From a virus (taxonomy: Duplodnaviria > Caudoviricetes): a stretch of 64,000 bases of DNA. Under the pieces are notes generated by a model. That model was given only the letters and a program-made list of their open reading frames with translations, did not search any database and was not told where the DNA came from. Each line of letters starts with the position of its first letter. Position 1 is the first letter of the stretch. The position numbers and the translations under genes are program-made. The stretch covers positions 13,220 through 77,219 of the IMG/VR virus record IMGVR_UViG_3300032219_001391. One strand, given 5' to 3'. Positions 7,578-17,070 of this stretch are shown in pieces.

Positions 7578-10360
7578 ATGAACTGTTCCCAACCCTCTGT
7601 TGCGTTTTCATACATATAGTATGGATCTAATCCTCTTTTTCCCCAATATTTAAACTCATCTTCAGATATGGTCAATACTTCTTGTAGGGAGTCTTGATCA
7701 CCATCTTCTAATGGAAGACCATTAACCAATTCACATTGTGTTGCGGTAAACAATCCTCTATTTTCGGGTTCGGAAACCAAAAGACTATTTCTAACTTCTT
7801 CACCAAACACAACCATAAGTGGTTCTAAACGTTTGTTAAATGTAACAACCGCTCTCGGTACATTATAATCTCCTAATAAATCAGGATTATTCTCAATGTC
7901 AGCCGGATCTAATCTGTAACAATTTATTTTAACTGTAGGATCATAATATTGGTTAGGATCATTAACTTTACCATAAGCCAACATCTGTTCTTCCATTTCC
8001 TTTTTGGCCTTGACACTTGTAACTTTTTGAACGTCTCCGTGAGATGCTTTAGTTCCATTATTTACATAATAAATAACATCACCAAGGTTCACAGATATTC
8101 CGTCTTTCATCACTAACTCCATATGTGCCATTCTACTCATAGAATTACCCGCTTTAGTTGTGGACGAACATCGGATTTTATAATCCTCCATACTCAACTT
8201 AACTTTTGCTCTCTGAGCAATCTTAACTAAAGGAATTTGTTTGTTATAGATCTTATCAAGGTATTCATAATAATACTCAACAAATTCCTTACCCTCACCT
8301 TTCAATAACATCTTAATCCCCTTATCCAAGAATTCCTCAATATATACCGGTAACTTCTTAGATTTAATCGTGTTCCCAACAAGTTTAATCTTACCTTTAT
8401 CAGTGATAAGAGCGTAGTTCTTTCTAGCGATGTTAATACAGGACGGCCAAACACCATCAGTATCTAACGCCATTTCACCTCTCATAAATAAATCGTTATA
8501 TTCGGCAACATCAGCTTCGGCTCCTGTATATTCCTTACCCTCCTTAACTTTCCAATTGTTTCCTTTCCCAATATACTTACGATTATCAATATCGTCAGGA
8601 GATGAAAAGTTCACACCATCGGTATCCATCACAAGTGGTTGATACCCTTTCTTCATAAAGAATTTAATCATCTGTCTTAAATATTGACGACCAGTACAGG
8701 TGATCTGTTCTCCCATATACATATCCCCCCAATGATATACTTGTGGAGCAGATAACGCACCAAACATCGAGTTAATGAAAATCTTAATAGGAAGTTGTTT
8801 TCGGTCATAAGATACTGATTTTTTAGGATCAATAGTATAAAACTCCTCGGCGAGTTGTTTATATTTAATACGAGTATCACGGAAATACTTTAACATCCCC
8901 TTCATCGCACCTGTAATGTCACATTTTGGGAACACATCATGTACTAATTGGATTGATGGGTAAAGTGATGAAAAGTCGAGTTTCAATACGTTCTTAGAAT
9001 ACCCTACAGTAATCAATCTTGATAGACCACCAACAAAGTCTGTTTTACCTTGTTTTTCAGGAATTGCCAATTTGTATTTATAGGACCAAGCCAACATAAT
9101 CATTTTCCATAACGTTGCCGTACCCATTGTTGAAACTCTCTCATATGTTGTTGGTACCTGTGATGCCAACAAGAACGAACCTTGTGAAAATTCTTCATCC
9201 ACTTTGAGAGTTTCCTCCAAGTCATCGTCAAGATACATCTCAACCAATTCCCTACCACTGATCTTTTTATAAACACCAGGAAAACGAACATCCAAATCAT
9301 TAAATTCAGGTTTATCTGCCTTTTTGTATTTACCGTTGGTAACGTTCAACCAAAAATCATCATTGTCTCTGTAATAAGGTCCGATATCCAAGTGGTCAAT
9401 ATACACACGATCAGGTGCCTCGGCTTCAATATATTGGGTAATATATTTAAGACCCGCACTTTTAATACTTGAATTGATTGCCTGTGCTCTACGAACTGAA
9501 TGGATAATATCAATTACGTTATAACCCCACATACCAACTTGGTTATACTTCTCAACCTCATTGGCTAATTTCAACAAAGACTCATTTTGTTTAATCTTAA
9601 CTTCAGGATTTAATGTTTGAGCAATCTTCTTAATATCCAAACCAAGAATTCTTGTTCTTTCAAATATCCAATACCAGTCAAAGTTTGCGGAGTTATAACC
9701 ACCGATAATACTTGGTTTTAACTCGTTTATAACTCGGAAAAATTCAATCAATCCTGCACGTTCCTCATCGTCGTTAGTACATTCAATAACCCGACGATAT
9801 CCTTTATTGGTTTTCATACCAATCATGAAGATACGACCATCCTTTGGTTCTAACGAGGTCGTCTCCAAGTCAAATACAAATCTAGTAATCTCATCATACT
9901 CCTCAAATCCTTTGAATAATCGTTTTTCCTTTGATATTAAGAATTGTTCTACAGGTGGTAAGACCATAATAAGATCCTTAGTGTTTTCACCCCACGGATC
10001 AACTCCACCCTCTCTAAAAAATTGTATTAGATTTCTATATCCCATTAAGGATCTTACCATAAACGTAAGACCTTTTTCTAATCTTTCATCATCATCCGTA
10101 CGGAGTTTTTCAATGACAATTTTGTGTTTTGTCATCGCTTCCTTCTGTGCCGCTTTGGAAGATTTATAGAAGTTTAACCCCCTTAAATCACCAACCCAAG
10201 CAAATGGAATAAATGTGTCTTTTTTGATTTGTTTTCCGTGGATCGGGTGTTCAATAATTTTCCAAATACAATCTTTGGTATAATCATATTCAACACCGAC
10301 AATGTATTGCTCAGGATCATTTCCTTGCAAAAACCTTTCAATTTCGTTTTGATCAATCAT
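7574..10360 (-). CDS. polB: family B DNA polymerase (gp43-like)
   Basis: ExoI VFDLETTS, ExoII YNSANFDW, KLDFSSLYPS, KIFINSMFG, MDTDG; ATG 10360 preferred over the track start 10399. Confidence 0.95.
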   Translation of the reverse strand: MIDQNEIERFLQGNDPEQYIVGVEYDYTKDCIWKIIEHPIHGKQIKKDTFIPFAWVGDLRGLNFYKSSKAAQKEAMTKHKIVIEKLRTDDDERLEKGLTFMVRSLMGYRNLIQFFREGGVDPWGENTKDLIMVLPPVEQFLISKEKRLFKGFEEYDEITRFVFDLETTSLEPKDGRIFMIGMKTNKGYRRVIECTNDDEERAGLIEFFRVINELKPSIIGGYNSANFDWYWIFERTRILGLDIKKIAQTLNPEVKIKQNESLLKLANEVEKYNQVGMWGYNVIDIIHSVRRAQAINSSIKSAGLKYITQYIEAEAPDRVYIDHLDIGPYYRDNDDFWLNVTNGKYKKADKPEFNDLDVRFPGVYKKISGRELVEMYLDDDLEETLKVDEEFSQGSFLLASQVPTTYERVSTMGTATLWKMIMLAWSYKYKLAIPEKQGKTDFVGGLSRLITVGYSKNVLKLDFSSLYPSIQLVHDVFPKCDITGAMKGMLKYFRDTRIKYKQLAEEFYTIDPKKSVSYDRKQLPIKIFINSMFGALSAPQVYHWGDMYMGEQITCTGRQYLRQMIKFFMKKGYQPLVMDTDGVNFSSPDDIDNRKYIGKGNNWKVKEGKEYTGAEADVAEYNDLFMRGEMALDTDGVWPSCINIARKNYALITDKGKIKLVGNTIKSKKLPVYIEEFLDKGIKMLLKGEGKEFVEYYYEYLDKIYNKQIPLVKIAQRAKVKLSMEDYKIRCSSTTKAGNSMSRMAHMELVMKDGISVNLGDVIYYVNNGTKASHGDVQKVTSVKAKKEMEEQMLAYGKVNDPNQYYDPTVKINCYRLDPADIENNPDLLGDYNVPRAVVTFNKRLEPLMVVFGEEVRNSLLVSEPENRGLFTATQCELVNGLPLEDGDQDSLQEVLTISEDEFKYWGKRGLDPYYMYENATEGWEQFI

Positions 10361-10389
10361 AAAATATTTTTTTCGTGTGGTACATTCGC

Positions 10390-10406
10390 TGCCCGACAAA
10401 CGGACA
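10390..10406 (-). promoter_or_regulatory. GC-rich hairpin in the polymerase 5' leader
   Basis: Minus strand UGUCCG-UUUGU-CGGGCA, about 30 nt before the AUG. Confidence 0.4.
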
Positions 10407-10421
10407 TTAACCTTAACACCA

Positions 10422-10452
10422 CAAAGATATCTTAAAAAAACAACAAAATCAA
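10422..10452 (-). promoter_or_regulatory. Bacteroidota-type housekeeping promoter for the polymerase
   Basis: TTG-N20-TATCTTTG matches the -33/-7 (TAnnTTTG) consensus. Confidence 0.65.
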
Positions 10453-10464
10453 CAACAGGTCATA

Positions 10465-11052
10465 TCAAGTTTGTGTATTGGTTGGTGTAATACTTGGTGT
10501 TGGTGTAATAGTTGGTGTAATAGTTGGTGTAATACTTGGTGTAATAGTTGGTGTAATACTTGGTGTTGGTGTAATAGTTGGTGTAATACTTGGTGTGGGG
10601 GTTTGGGTTCTTCTTGGTGTTAGCGATGGAAAATCAACATTTGATGAACAACAAGAAATATTTAATTTATATTTAGTATTATTTGTTTGAAGTTCACCAC
10701 CAAAAGAATCTAAAACCATACAATAAATTTTTTCTTTGATTGGGAATATTTCGGTACCTCGTTCATCAATATGAGAAATCTGAACTTCAAATGTTTTACT
10801 TTCTTTAGTTTCATTCAAACTAAATTGATAATTTATAAAGTAACTTAATAACCCTTCTTCATTTACTTCACTGGTTATCGTACATTCTTTTTTTATTGTT
10901 TTGTATATTTTCTTTTCAATGTCCCACAAAGACAAATAAAATGTGTCAGAATTACCCAAAGCAGTATTCAACAGATAATCACTACGACCATCATTGATCA
11001 ATTCAAATTTTAACTTTGGTAATGTTGAGTTTTTCTTTATAAAAAAATTCAT
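10465..11052 (-). CDS. virion-type protein with C-terminal Thr/Pro (mucin-like) repeat; paralog of the next gene
   Basis: N-terminus MNFFIKKNSTLPKLKFELINDGR vs MEFFIRKDATLPLLKMQVVNDGR; tail TPTPSITPTITPTPSITPT... Confidence 0.75.
   Translation of the reverse strand: MNFFIKKNSTLPKLKFELINDGRSDYLLNTALGNSDTFYLSLWDIEKKIYKTIKKECTITSEVNEEGLLSYFINYQFSLNETKESKTFEVQISHIDERGTEIFPIKEKIYCMVLDSFGGELQTNNTKYKLNISCCSSNVDFPSLTPRRTQTPTPSITPTITPTPSITPTITPSITPTITPTITPTPSITPTNTQT
10483..10596 (-). repeat. tandem TGGTGT/AATA(G/C)T hexamer array encoding (TP/TI/SI)n
   Basis: Alternating TGGTGT and AATAGT/AATACT units read directly on the + strand. Confidence 0.95.
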
Positions 11053-11061
11053 TAGATATAA

Positions 11062-11421
11062 TTATGAAAAATCAGTTATGTTTATGAAAAGTCGGTCTCT
11101 AATTGGTGTGATCAAGGTACCATTTTCGGTCTGTATAATAAACTCACCTTCAAACCTACCTGCTTTATTTGTATCAACAGGTCTAAATTTGTAGTAAATA
11201 TAATATTCAGGTTTTGCGTTAGGATCCATATTTGTTTTTTCCACAATTCTTGCAGGTAATGTATTGATTTTTATAATACCATTATCCGTGTTTGTCATTG
11301 AAAAATATATGGAAGCGGTTTCTAACGTATTCATAAAATTTTCAAACGTCATTCTTCCATCATTTACCACTTGCATTTTTAGAAGTGGTAATGTTGCGTC
11401 TTTTCTTATAAAAAATTCCAT
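11062..11421 (-). CDS. small BppU-N/Ig-like virion protein (tentative)
   Basis: 119 aa; Y.F...DT.KAG.FEGEF pattern; late motif upstream. Confidence 0.55.
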   Translation of the reverse strand: MEFFIRKDATLPLLKMQVVNDGRMTFENFMNTLETASIYFSMTNTDNGIIKINTLPARIVEKTNMDPNAKPEYYIYYKFRPVDTNKAGRFEGEFIIQTENGTLITPIRDRLFINITDFS

Positions 11422-11440
11422 AATGATAAATATATCATTA
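11419..11440 (-). promoter_or_regulatory. 22-nt palindromic intergenic element containing TATTTAT (copy 2)
   Basis: Reverse complement is TAATGATATATTTATCATTATG, identical to 4613-4634; the inverted repeat extends to 10 bp (11419-11428/11433-11442). Confidence 0.7.
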
Positions 11441-13099
11441 TGATTCTTTTCTTAAGTCTCTTGAATAATGATCAAACCTATCGTGTTCAGTTGGTGTCAT
11501 TAACAATAACGCACCATTTAGATTACCTTTTTTGTGTTCTTGATACATAAAACTCATCCAAGTTTGTTCATATGGATGTGCCCATTTAGTATTCAAAAAC
11601 ATTTTTCTATTACCTTCACGACTTACAACCTGTGGCCAATTTGAGTAATATATCTCACCATCAACATATGGAACACCTTGATATGATCTAATATTGTTGA
11701 ACTTTGTTTTTGGTGCGTTAGGATCGGTTCCGATTTGAGGTAATTTTGGGTATGTTGGCCAGAACTCTTCTCTAATATTTTGTGGGACATTATACCAAGA
11801 CCATTGTGTGCCATTATCTCCAAAAAACTCAGTATAATTTAATTTAAGAAAATCAAAATTTTGATTGTTAATTATACCCATAGATTTGTTGTATAAGTTT
11901 TCAACATATCTATTTAAACCATTTTTACAAACTTCACCTTTTTTTGGATAAAAGAACATATCATCTTCAAAAAACCAATAATAATCTAATCCCGATTCTT
12001 CAAAATGTTCCGCAATCCACTGTCTTCCACCACAAATACCTAAATTATCTTTCTTTATATGTTCAAAACCATAAATTTCACATAGTTTTTTGTATTCATC
12101 AGTAGTTGATAGATCAGTTGAATTATCTAACAGGTACTTTTTAGTATCATCTATAAAGTTTCTATCATACTCTAACATTGAAAATATTAGAGTTTCAAAT
12201 TGTTTTGGACTATTAAATCCTATTACATATAATCCTGTCTTGTCTGTGTCGTGATTATATAAAACTTTCTTAAATGATTTTGTAACAACATTATCATTTT
12301 TAACATCTTCACAAAATTTACTAATCAATCCATTACCTTCTATTTCAAAATAATTATATCTTTCTGAATTACGATACAACAAAATACTAAATATAGATTC
12401 TTCAGTACCCATATAACCACTTCTTAACGTCTCCATCAACATTGAGTAATAGTCTGAATTAAACTGGGTAATCATTTCTTTTGGTCCACCAAATATACCA
12501 CCTCTACCCACATACTTAACATCATCACCGGCATATTTATTCATTGCATTTATTTCAAAACCATGAATTTCAGATGTTGTTTCATAAGGAAAACAAATAA
12601 AACTTACTTTTTTGAAAAGTGTGTCAAATTTATTTTGAATGTTATCGTGAGTGAAATATCCGGAATGAATAGTATTTGTAATACCCGCATCAATCCATAC
12701 TAAATGAGTTGATTCAAATTTATCTAATATCTTAGCATCATGTAATAAAAAAGGTTTTGACATAACCAATGGATTATATAATTCTAATCTAGCTTGAGTA
12801 GACTCCACTAACCATCCTACTTGGTTATACCATTCAGGTTTTTTTCTTATATCTTGGATTAACTCATAATATTCATTACTTCTAAACCAAGAAACATCTC
12901 TTTTAATAAATTGAGTATTAGATATGTCTCTTCGTTCAAAAACAAATTTTTCAATCTCGTCATCACCAAAAATAATCATATTATTTTCAATTTTTAATAA
13001 TTGATCAAACTTGTCTAAATAATGTTGGAATGTCCGTGACCACCCTTCGGTTAATCCATCTCTGTTAATATTCCATAAACCTGTAACTATTGTGATCAT
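11438..13099 (-). CDS. HtrL/YibB-family glycosyltransferase fused to a GT-A domain
   Basis: TIVTGLWNINR...YNPLVMSKPFLL...VWIDAG (HtrL/YibB-like); second domain with FFEDDM. Confidence 0.7.
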   Translation of the reverse strand: MITIVTGLWNINRDGLTEGWSRTFQHYLDKFDQLLKIENNMIIFGDDEIEKFVFERRDISNTQFIKRDVSWFRSNEYYELIQDIRKKPEWYNQVGWLVESTQARLELYNPLVMSKPFLLHDAKILDKFESTHLVWIDAGITNTIHSGYFTHDNIQNKFDTLFKKVSFICFPYETTSEIHGFEINAMNKYAGDDVKYVGRGGIFGGPKEMITQFNSDYYSMLMETLRSGYMGTEESIFSILLYRNSERYNYFEIEGNGLISKFCEDVKNDNVVTKSFKKVLYNHDTDKTGLYVIGFNSPKQFETLIFSMLEYDRNFIDDTKKYLLDNSTDLSTTDEYKKLCEIYGFEHIKKDNLGICGGRQWIAEHFEESGLDYYWFFEDDMFFYPKKGEVCKNGLNRYVENLYNKSMGIINNQNFDFLKLNYTEFFGDNGTQWSWYNVPQNIREEFWPTYPKLPQIGTDPNAPKTKFNNIRSYQGVPYVDGEIYYSNWPQVVSREGNRKMFLNTKWAHPYEQTWMSFMYQEHKKGNLNGALLLMTPTEHDRFDHYSRDLRKES

Positions 13100-13101
13100 A
13101 A

Positions 13102-13731
13102 TTATCTTTTTACCTTACAAACCCAAACAACCTTATCAAAGGTTTCTTTTTTATAACTTATTAAATTATTTTTAATACAAGCGTTCTCAATATCAGAATC
13201 AGATATTTCATACCAATTCCATAATTTCATATAAACATCTCGTTCAAAAGTTTCCCTATCCTGAGAATAATCATGTGCCATAATATAATCACCAGTTTTT
13301 AGATAGTTTGATAATAGATTAAATTCATGTATTTTACTACCCCCATCACAAAGAATTAAAGTAACTCCGTCTTGTTGGATGAAGTCAATAACTTCCTGTT
13401 TAACCTCTGAATAATCGTAATTAAAAACATTCTCAACTCTAACATCAATACCTTCTGAAATCATATCTTTATACCAACTATGTTCGTTAATATCATAAGA
13501 CAAAATATGACAATCAATTGATATTTTTTTACAGGTATAATTCAAAAATGATGTGAAGCCCCCGATTGAGGTACCTATTTCCAATATTCTACTTGGTTTT
13601 ATATCATTCAAAAAATAGTGGAAGGTCTCAAAAACATTTGGGTTTTGTTGAGCACCCCATCCATCATACGTGGATATACTATCATTATGTTCTAAATTTG
13701 ATTTTTTGTAAACTTTATCTTCGTAATTCAT
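13102..13731 (-). CDS. class I SAM-dependent methyltransferase
   Basis: ILEIGTSIGG motif I; ILCDGG and AHDY motifs. Confidence 0.75.
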   Translation of the reverse strand: MNYEDKVYKKSNLEHNDSISTYDGWGAQQNPNVFETFHYFLNDIKPSRILEIGTSIGGFTSFLNYTCKKISIDCHILSYDINEHSWYKDMISEGIDVRVENVFNYDYSEVKQEVIDFIQQDGVTLILCDGGSKIHEFNLLSNYLKTGDYIMAHDYSQDRETFERDVYMKLWNWYEISDSDIENACIKNNLISYKKETFDKVVWVCKVKR

Positions 13732-13732
13732 A

Positions 13733-14596
13733 CTATAATGTTATTATTTTTTTTAATAGATTAAACTCCTTAAAGTATCTTTTTTTAATTTGTTTTAGTC
13801 CTTCTATTTTTTGTTTATAAATTTCATCAGAATTATTGTTTATATGATTTAACAAGTTACTTATCTCTTCAAGATTGTTAATATCATTTATTAAGATATA
13901 TCCGTCTTCAGGATATATATCTTTAATATTTTTACACCCAAAATAAATAGGTATAGTATCTGTTAAAACTGAATCGTAAAATTTTTCAGAAATCCAGTTT
14001 TTTTGATATTCGTTTTCAATTGAGATGTTGAATTTATAATTAACCAACGAGTCGTGTCTTTTTGGACTATTTTTCCAACCACCGTACACATCCACAAAAG
14101 GTAAATGTTCGTTAATCATTTGAGCAATTTGATATCTTTGGGGATAGAGACAATTAGGTCCTTCTAATTTGTTTAAACTTGTAATTGATGATGATATATT
14201 TTTTGTTTTTGTAAAATTATAACTTTTTAAGTTATCATAAGACCAGAAATCTAACGGATCCATCCATGGCCCTCTACCTCCATAAAACGTATGTGATGGG
14301 GTTTCAATACATGGTTTATTATATAAACACTCTTCATAACCAAATATAGTCAAATCTTCATTAAATATTTTTTGATGACTCCCTGAAAATGTAGGTTCGT
14401 GTGGAAAAACAAATAGTCTCGTATTTTCCTTTACAGTTAGATTAACATAATTAAAAAATACAACAACATCATAATCATCATCATAAACAAATTGGATACC
14501 ATCTAAATTAATGTCTTCTGTTTTGAATTGTTTAATTAATCTTTCAGTTATATTTTGTGAATTATCCCATCCAGCTGAAACTCTAATTTTTTTCAT
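13733..14596 (-). CDS. GT10 (alpha-1,3/4-fucosyltransferase-like)
   Basis: YKFNISIEN...WISEKFYDSVLTDTIPIYFG matches the alpha-1,3-FucT motif. Confidence 0.85.
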   Translation of the reverse strand: MKKIRVSAGWDNSQNITERLIKQFKTEDINLDGIQFVYDDDYDVVVFFNYVNLTVKENTRLFVFPHEPTFSGSHQKIFNEDLTIFGYEECLYNKPCIETPSHTFYGGRGPWMDPLDFWSYDNLKSYNFTKTKNISSSITSLNKLEGPNCLYPQRYQIAQMINEHLPFVDVYGGWKNSPKRHDSLVNYKFNISIENEYQKNWISEKFYDSVLTDTIPIYFGCKNIKDIYPEDGYILINDINNLEEISNLLNHINNNSDEIYKQKIEGLKQIKKRYFKEFNLLKKIITL

Positions 14597-15391
14597 TTAT
14601 TCTATCATTACATATTCGTACCTATCCTCATCATCTACCACATAATCTATATAATTATCATTTTGTGCGTTGGGAAAATAGGATGTGATTGGGTATATTA
14701 TTTTATTTGCCCTACTTAAAAATGCCGCCCAAAATGAGAAACTACCTTGACTACATATTATGTTTTTATATTTAGTCAAATCTTTAAACGTGTCTGGTTC
14801 ATTTGTTTTCATTAAAATAGGATTATACGGTTCTAATGCTTTTAATACATCTTCGTGATTAATAATGTTATCGGCATAGATATAAATTTCCGGTACATTC
14901 ATTTTTTCAATTGAGTCAATATAATATTTTGGATATACCTTAAATCTTTTATCTAATGGATCATTTCTTAAATGAATTGCAACTTTATTTTCATCATAAG
15001 ATTCATTCACTGATATGAAATCATTAAAATATGACTTAACCTTTTCTTTATGATTTTTCCAATATGAATATTTTTGATAATACCCACCACTAATAATATT
15101 GTAATTTTTAGTAGATAAAAAATCAATAGCATTGTCTACTGTTTTATGTAATGTTGAAAACCCATCATCAATTCCGTATAGTTCATTTTGTGAAAAATCT
15201 AAGCCCTCTAAATCTTGAAATTTATGTTCTATATTGGGAGTTTGATATTGCGTATTGGGTAAATTATATTCAAAAGATGGACTGACTAAACTATAATTTA
15301 GATTTTCTGCAAGTAATCTACAATAAGAATACATAAATAGTTTATTTCCTAAACCAACAGAATTAAATGGGTAACTATCTATTTTAATCAT
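14597..15391 (-). CDS. GT11 (alpha-1,2-fucosyltransferase-like)
   Basis: GLGNKLFMY, VAIHLR, SFSFWAAFL are GT11 motifs. Confidence 0.85.
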   Translation of the reverse strand: MIKIDSYPFNSVGLGNKLFMYSYCRLLAENLNYSLVSPSFEYNLPNTQYQTPNIEHKFQDLEGLDFSQNELYGIDDGFSTLHKTVDNAIDFLSTKNYNIISGGYYQKYSYWKNHKEKVKSYFNDFISVNESYDENKVAIHLRNDPLDKRFKVYPKYYIDSIEKMNVPEIYIYADNIINHEDVLKALEPYNPILMKTNEPDTFKDLTKYKNIICSQGSFSFWAAFLSRANKIIYPITSYFPNAQNDNYIDYVVDDEDRYEYVMIE

Positions 15392-15394
15392 ATT

Positions 15395-16132
15395 CTATTT
15401 TTTATTACCATTAAATTCAAAACCTAATATGGTAACCGTGTCACCATAAGACATATCAAACATATCATTTAATTCGGCTTTCCTCAAGGAAATACCAATT
15501 TCAAAAGCATCACAATGACTACCGCCTTCCCCATTTTTATTTTGTAAAAAAGTATTCATTTCACACCAGTTATCAGCAAACGTTTTTATCTTATTTGGAA
15601 CATTTTTTAATATTAAAAAATGTTCACTTGGTAATCGTGATTCAAATATATCATCATTTAGGTTGTACTTTAAGATTTCATACGAATCAAATTTATGTGA
15701 GAATGTATTACTCATATTATCTAAATAATAGTTATATTCATTTTTTAATACAGCATCTAATCTAGTCCCAATAACTTCATTATTTTCTAATAACCTCTCA
15801 ATTAAATTTATTGATTCTTGTCTCCATCCTTTTAATTTTATATCCCCATCTAAATAAATTATATAATCATACTTTTCAGGAATATTTTGAAATGATAAAA
15901 ACTTCAAGTTGTAATTAAAACCCGCCGAGTATTTTAGAATTAGTGATGAGTCGTTAATTTCCCGAATTATAACTCTGTTATTTATTTTATTTGAAAAATA
16001 AATAACCTCGTTAGTTGTTAAGATAATATCAAAATCAGTTCGGTTTAAAATTTCATCAATCAAATTAGATGTTGCATCCAAATACATTGGGTTCCCACAA
16101 TTTACCGACAATAATGTAAATACTCCTCTCAT
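15395..16132 (-). CDS. GT-A fold glycosyltransferase
   Basis: YDYIIYLDGD (DxD) and cluster context. Confidence 0.6.
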   Translation of the reverse strand: MRGVFTLLSVNCGNPMYLDATSNLIDEILNRTDFDIILTTNEVIYFSNKINNRVIIREINDSSLILKYSAGFNYNLKFLSFQNIPEKYDYIIYLDGDIKLKGWRQESINLIERLLENNEVIGTRLDAVLKNEYNYYLDNMSNTFSHKFDSYEILKYNLNDDIFESRLPSEHFLILKNVPNKIKTFADNWCEMNTFLQNKNGEGGSHCDAFEIGISLRKAELNDMFDMSYGDTVTILGFEFNGNKK

Positions 16133-17070
16133 GATATAAATTTATTAAATTTTGACATTACAATTTCAGGTGAAAACTGAAGATACGGGGTATAATAATC
16201 ATCATATTTAATATAATTATCAAGATTATTAATGATGTCGTAAACATTTTCTTTTCCTTTATAATAGATCCCTCTTTCTCCCAAAATTTCAATGTGACTT
16301 CTTTCTCCTGATAATTCATAAGTAATAATTGGTTTATTTGACAAAGCAAATTCTGAAATAGCCAAACCAAACGTTTCACCACCACTTCTAGCGTGAATCA
16401 TAGCATCACATGTATTAACAAATGCCGACTTTTTATTTAAGTCATATGAACCTGGTAAAAATTTAATTTGTGGGTGTGAATAAAACTCATCAACATTCAT
16501 AAAAATAAACGTAATATCATTTCTGTTTTCAACAGTTTCAATAATAGCTTCTTTTACAAACTGAATATTAAATTCAGTTGATCCTCCGTAACATCCAAAT
16601 ACTTTAGATGTTAATTTGATGTCCAGTTCTTCTCTTAAATTATAATTAACTTCTGGTAATTTTTCACAAATATATGGTAATGAATGAGTTTCAGGGTCAT
16701 ATCCTTGGTCTTTAGCTAACCAATCAGAGATATAAATATATTTATACCCATGTGGGTTATTAAATCTAAACACAGTATGTACTATTGTTTTTGGTTCATT
16801 AAAAGAATAACCATCATCTAATCCCATTTTAGTAACATAAAGAAAATCAAAATTATTTTCTTTTAGATAAGTTTCATATCCCCACCAATCTATCAATACA
16901 ACTTCAAATCTTTCTTGAAACTTAGGTAACGCGTCCATATTAGCACCAGGAAATGAAAATATAACACTTTTATTACCTAATATTTCTTCATTGTATTTGG
17001 CATAATTAAACATCGCTACTTCAGTTCCTCGTAAGCATAGTTGATTACTATGGAAAGCTATTTTTTTCAT
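16129..17070 (-). CDS. GT-B (GT4-like) glycosyltransferase
   Basis: HARSGGETFGLAISE (E-x7-E-type motif). Confidence 0.75.
   Translation of the reverse strand: MKKIAFHSNQLCLRGTEVAMFNYAKYNEEILGNKSVIFSFPGANMDALPKFQERFEVVLIDWWGYETYLKENNFDFLYVTKMGLDDGYSFNEPKTIVHTVFRFNNPHGYKYIYISDWLAKDQGYDPETHSLPYICEKLPEVNYNLREELDIKLTSKVFGCYGGSTEFNIQFVKEAIIETVENRNDITFIFMNVDEFYSHPQIKFLPGSYDLNKKSAFVNTCDAMIHARSGGETFGLAISEFALSNKPIITYELSGERSHIEILGERGIYYKGKENVYDIINNLDNYIKYDDYYTPYLQFSPEIVMSKFNKFIS

Noticed and set aside
10483-10596. Repeat array as CRISPR or DGR template
   Set aside because: No unique spacers, units are in-frame 6/12 nt; no cas or reverse transcriptase gene in the window.
10478-10690. Val/Gly-rich hydrophobic plus-strand ORF
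   Set aside because: Antisense translation of the Thr/Pro repeat.
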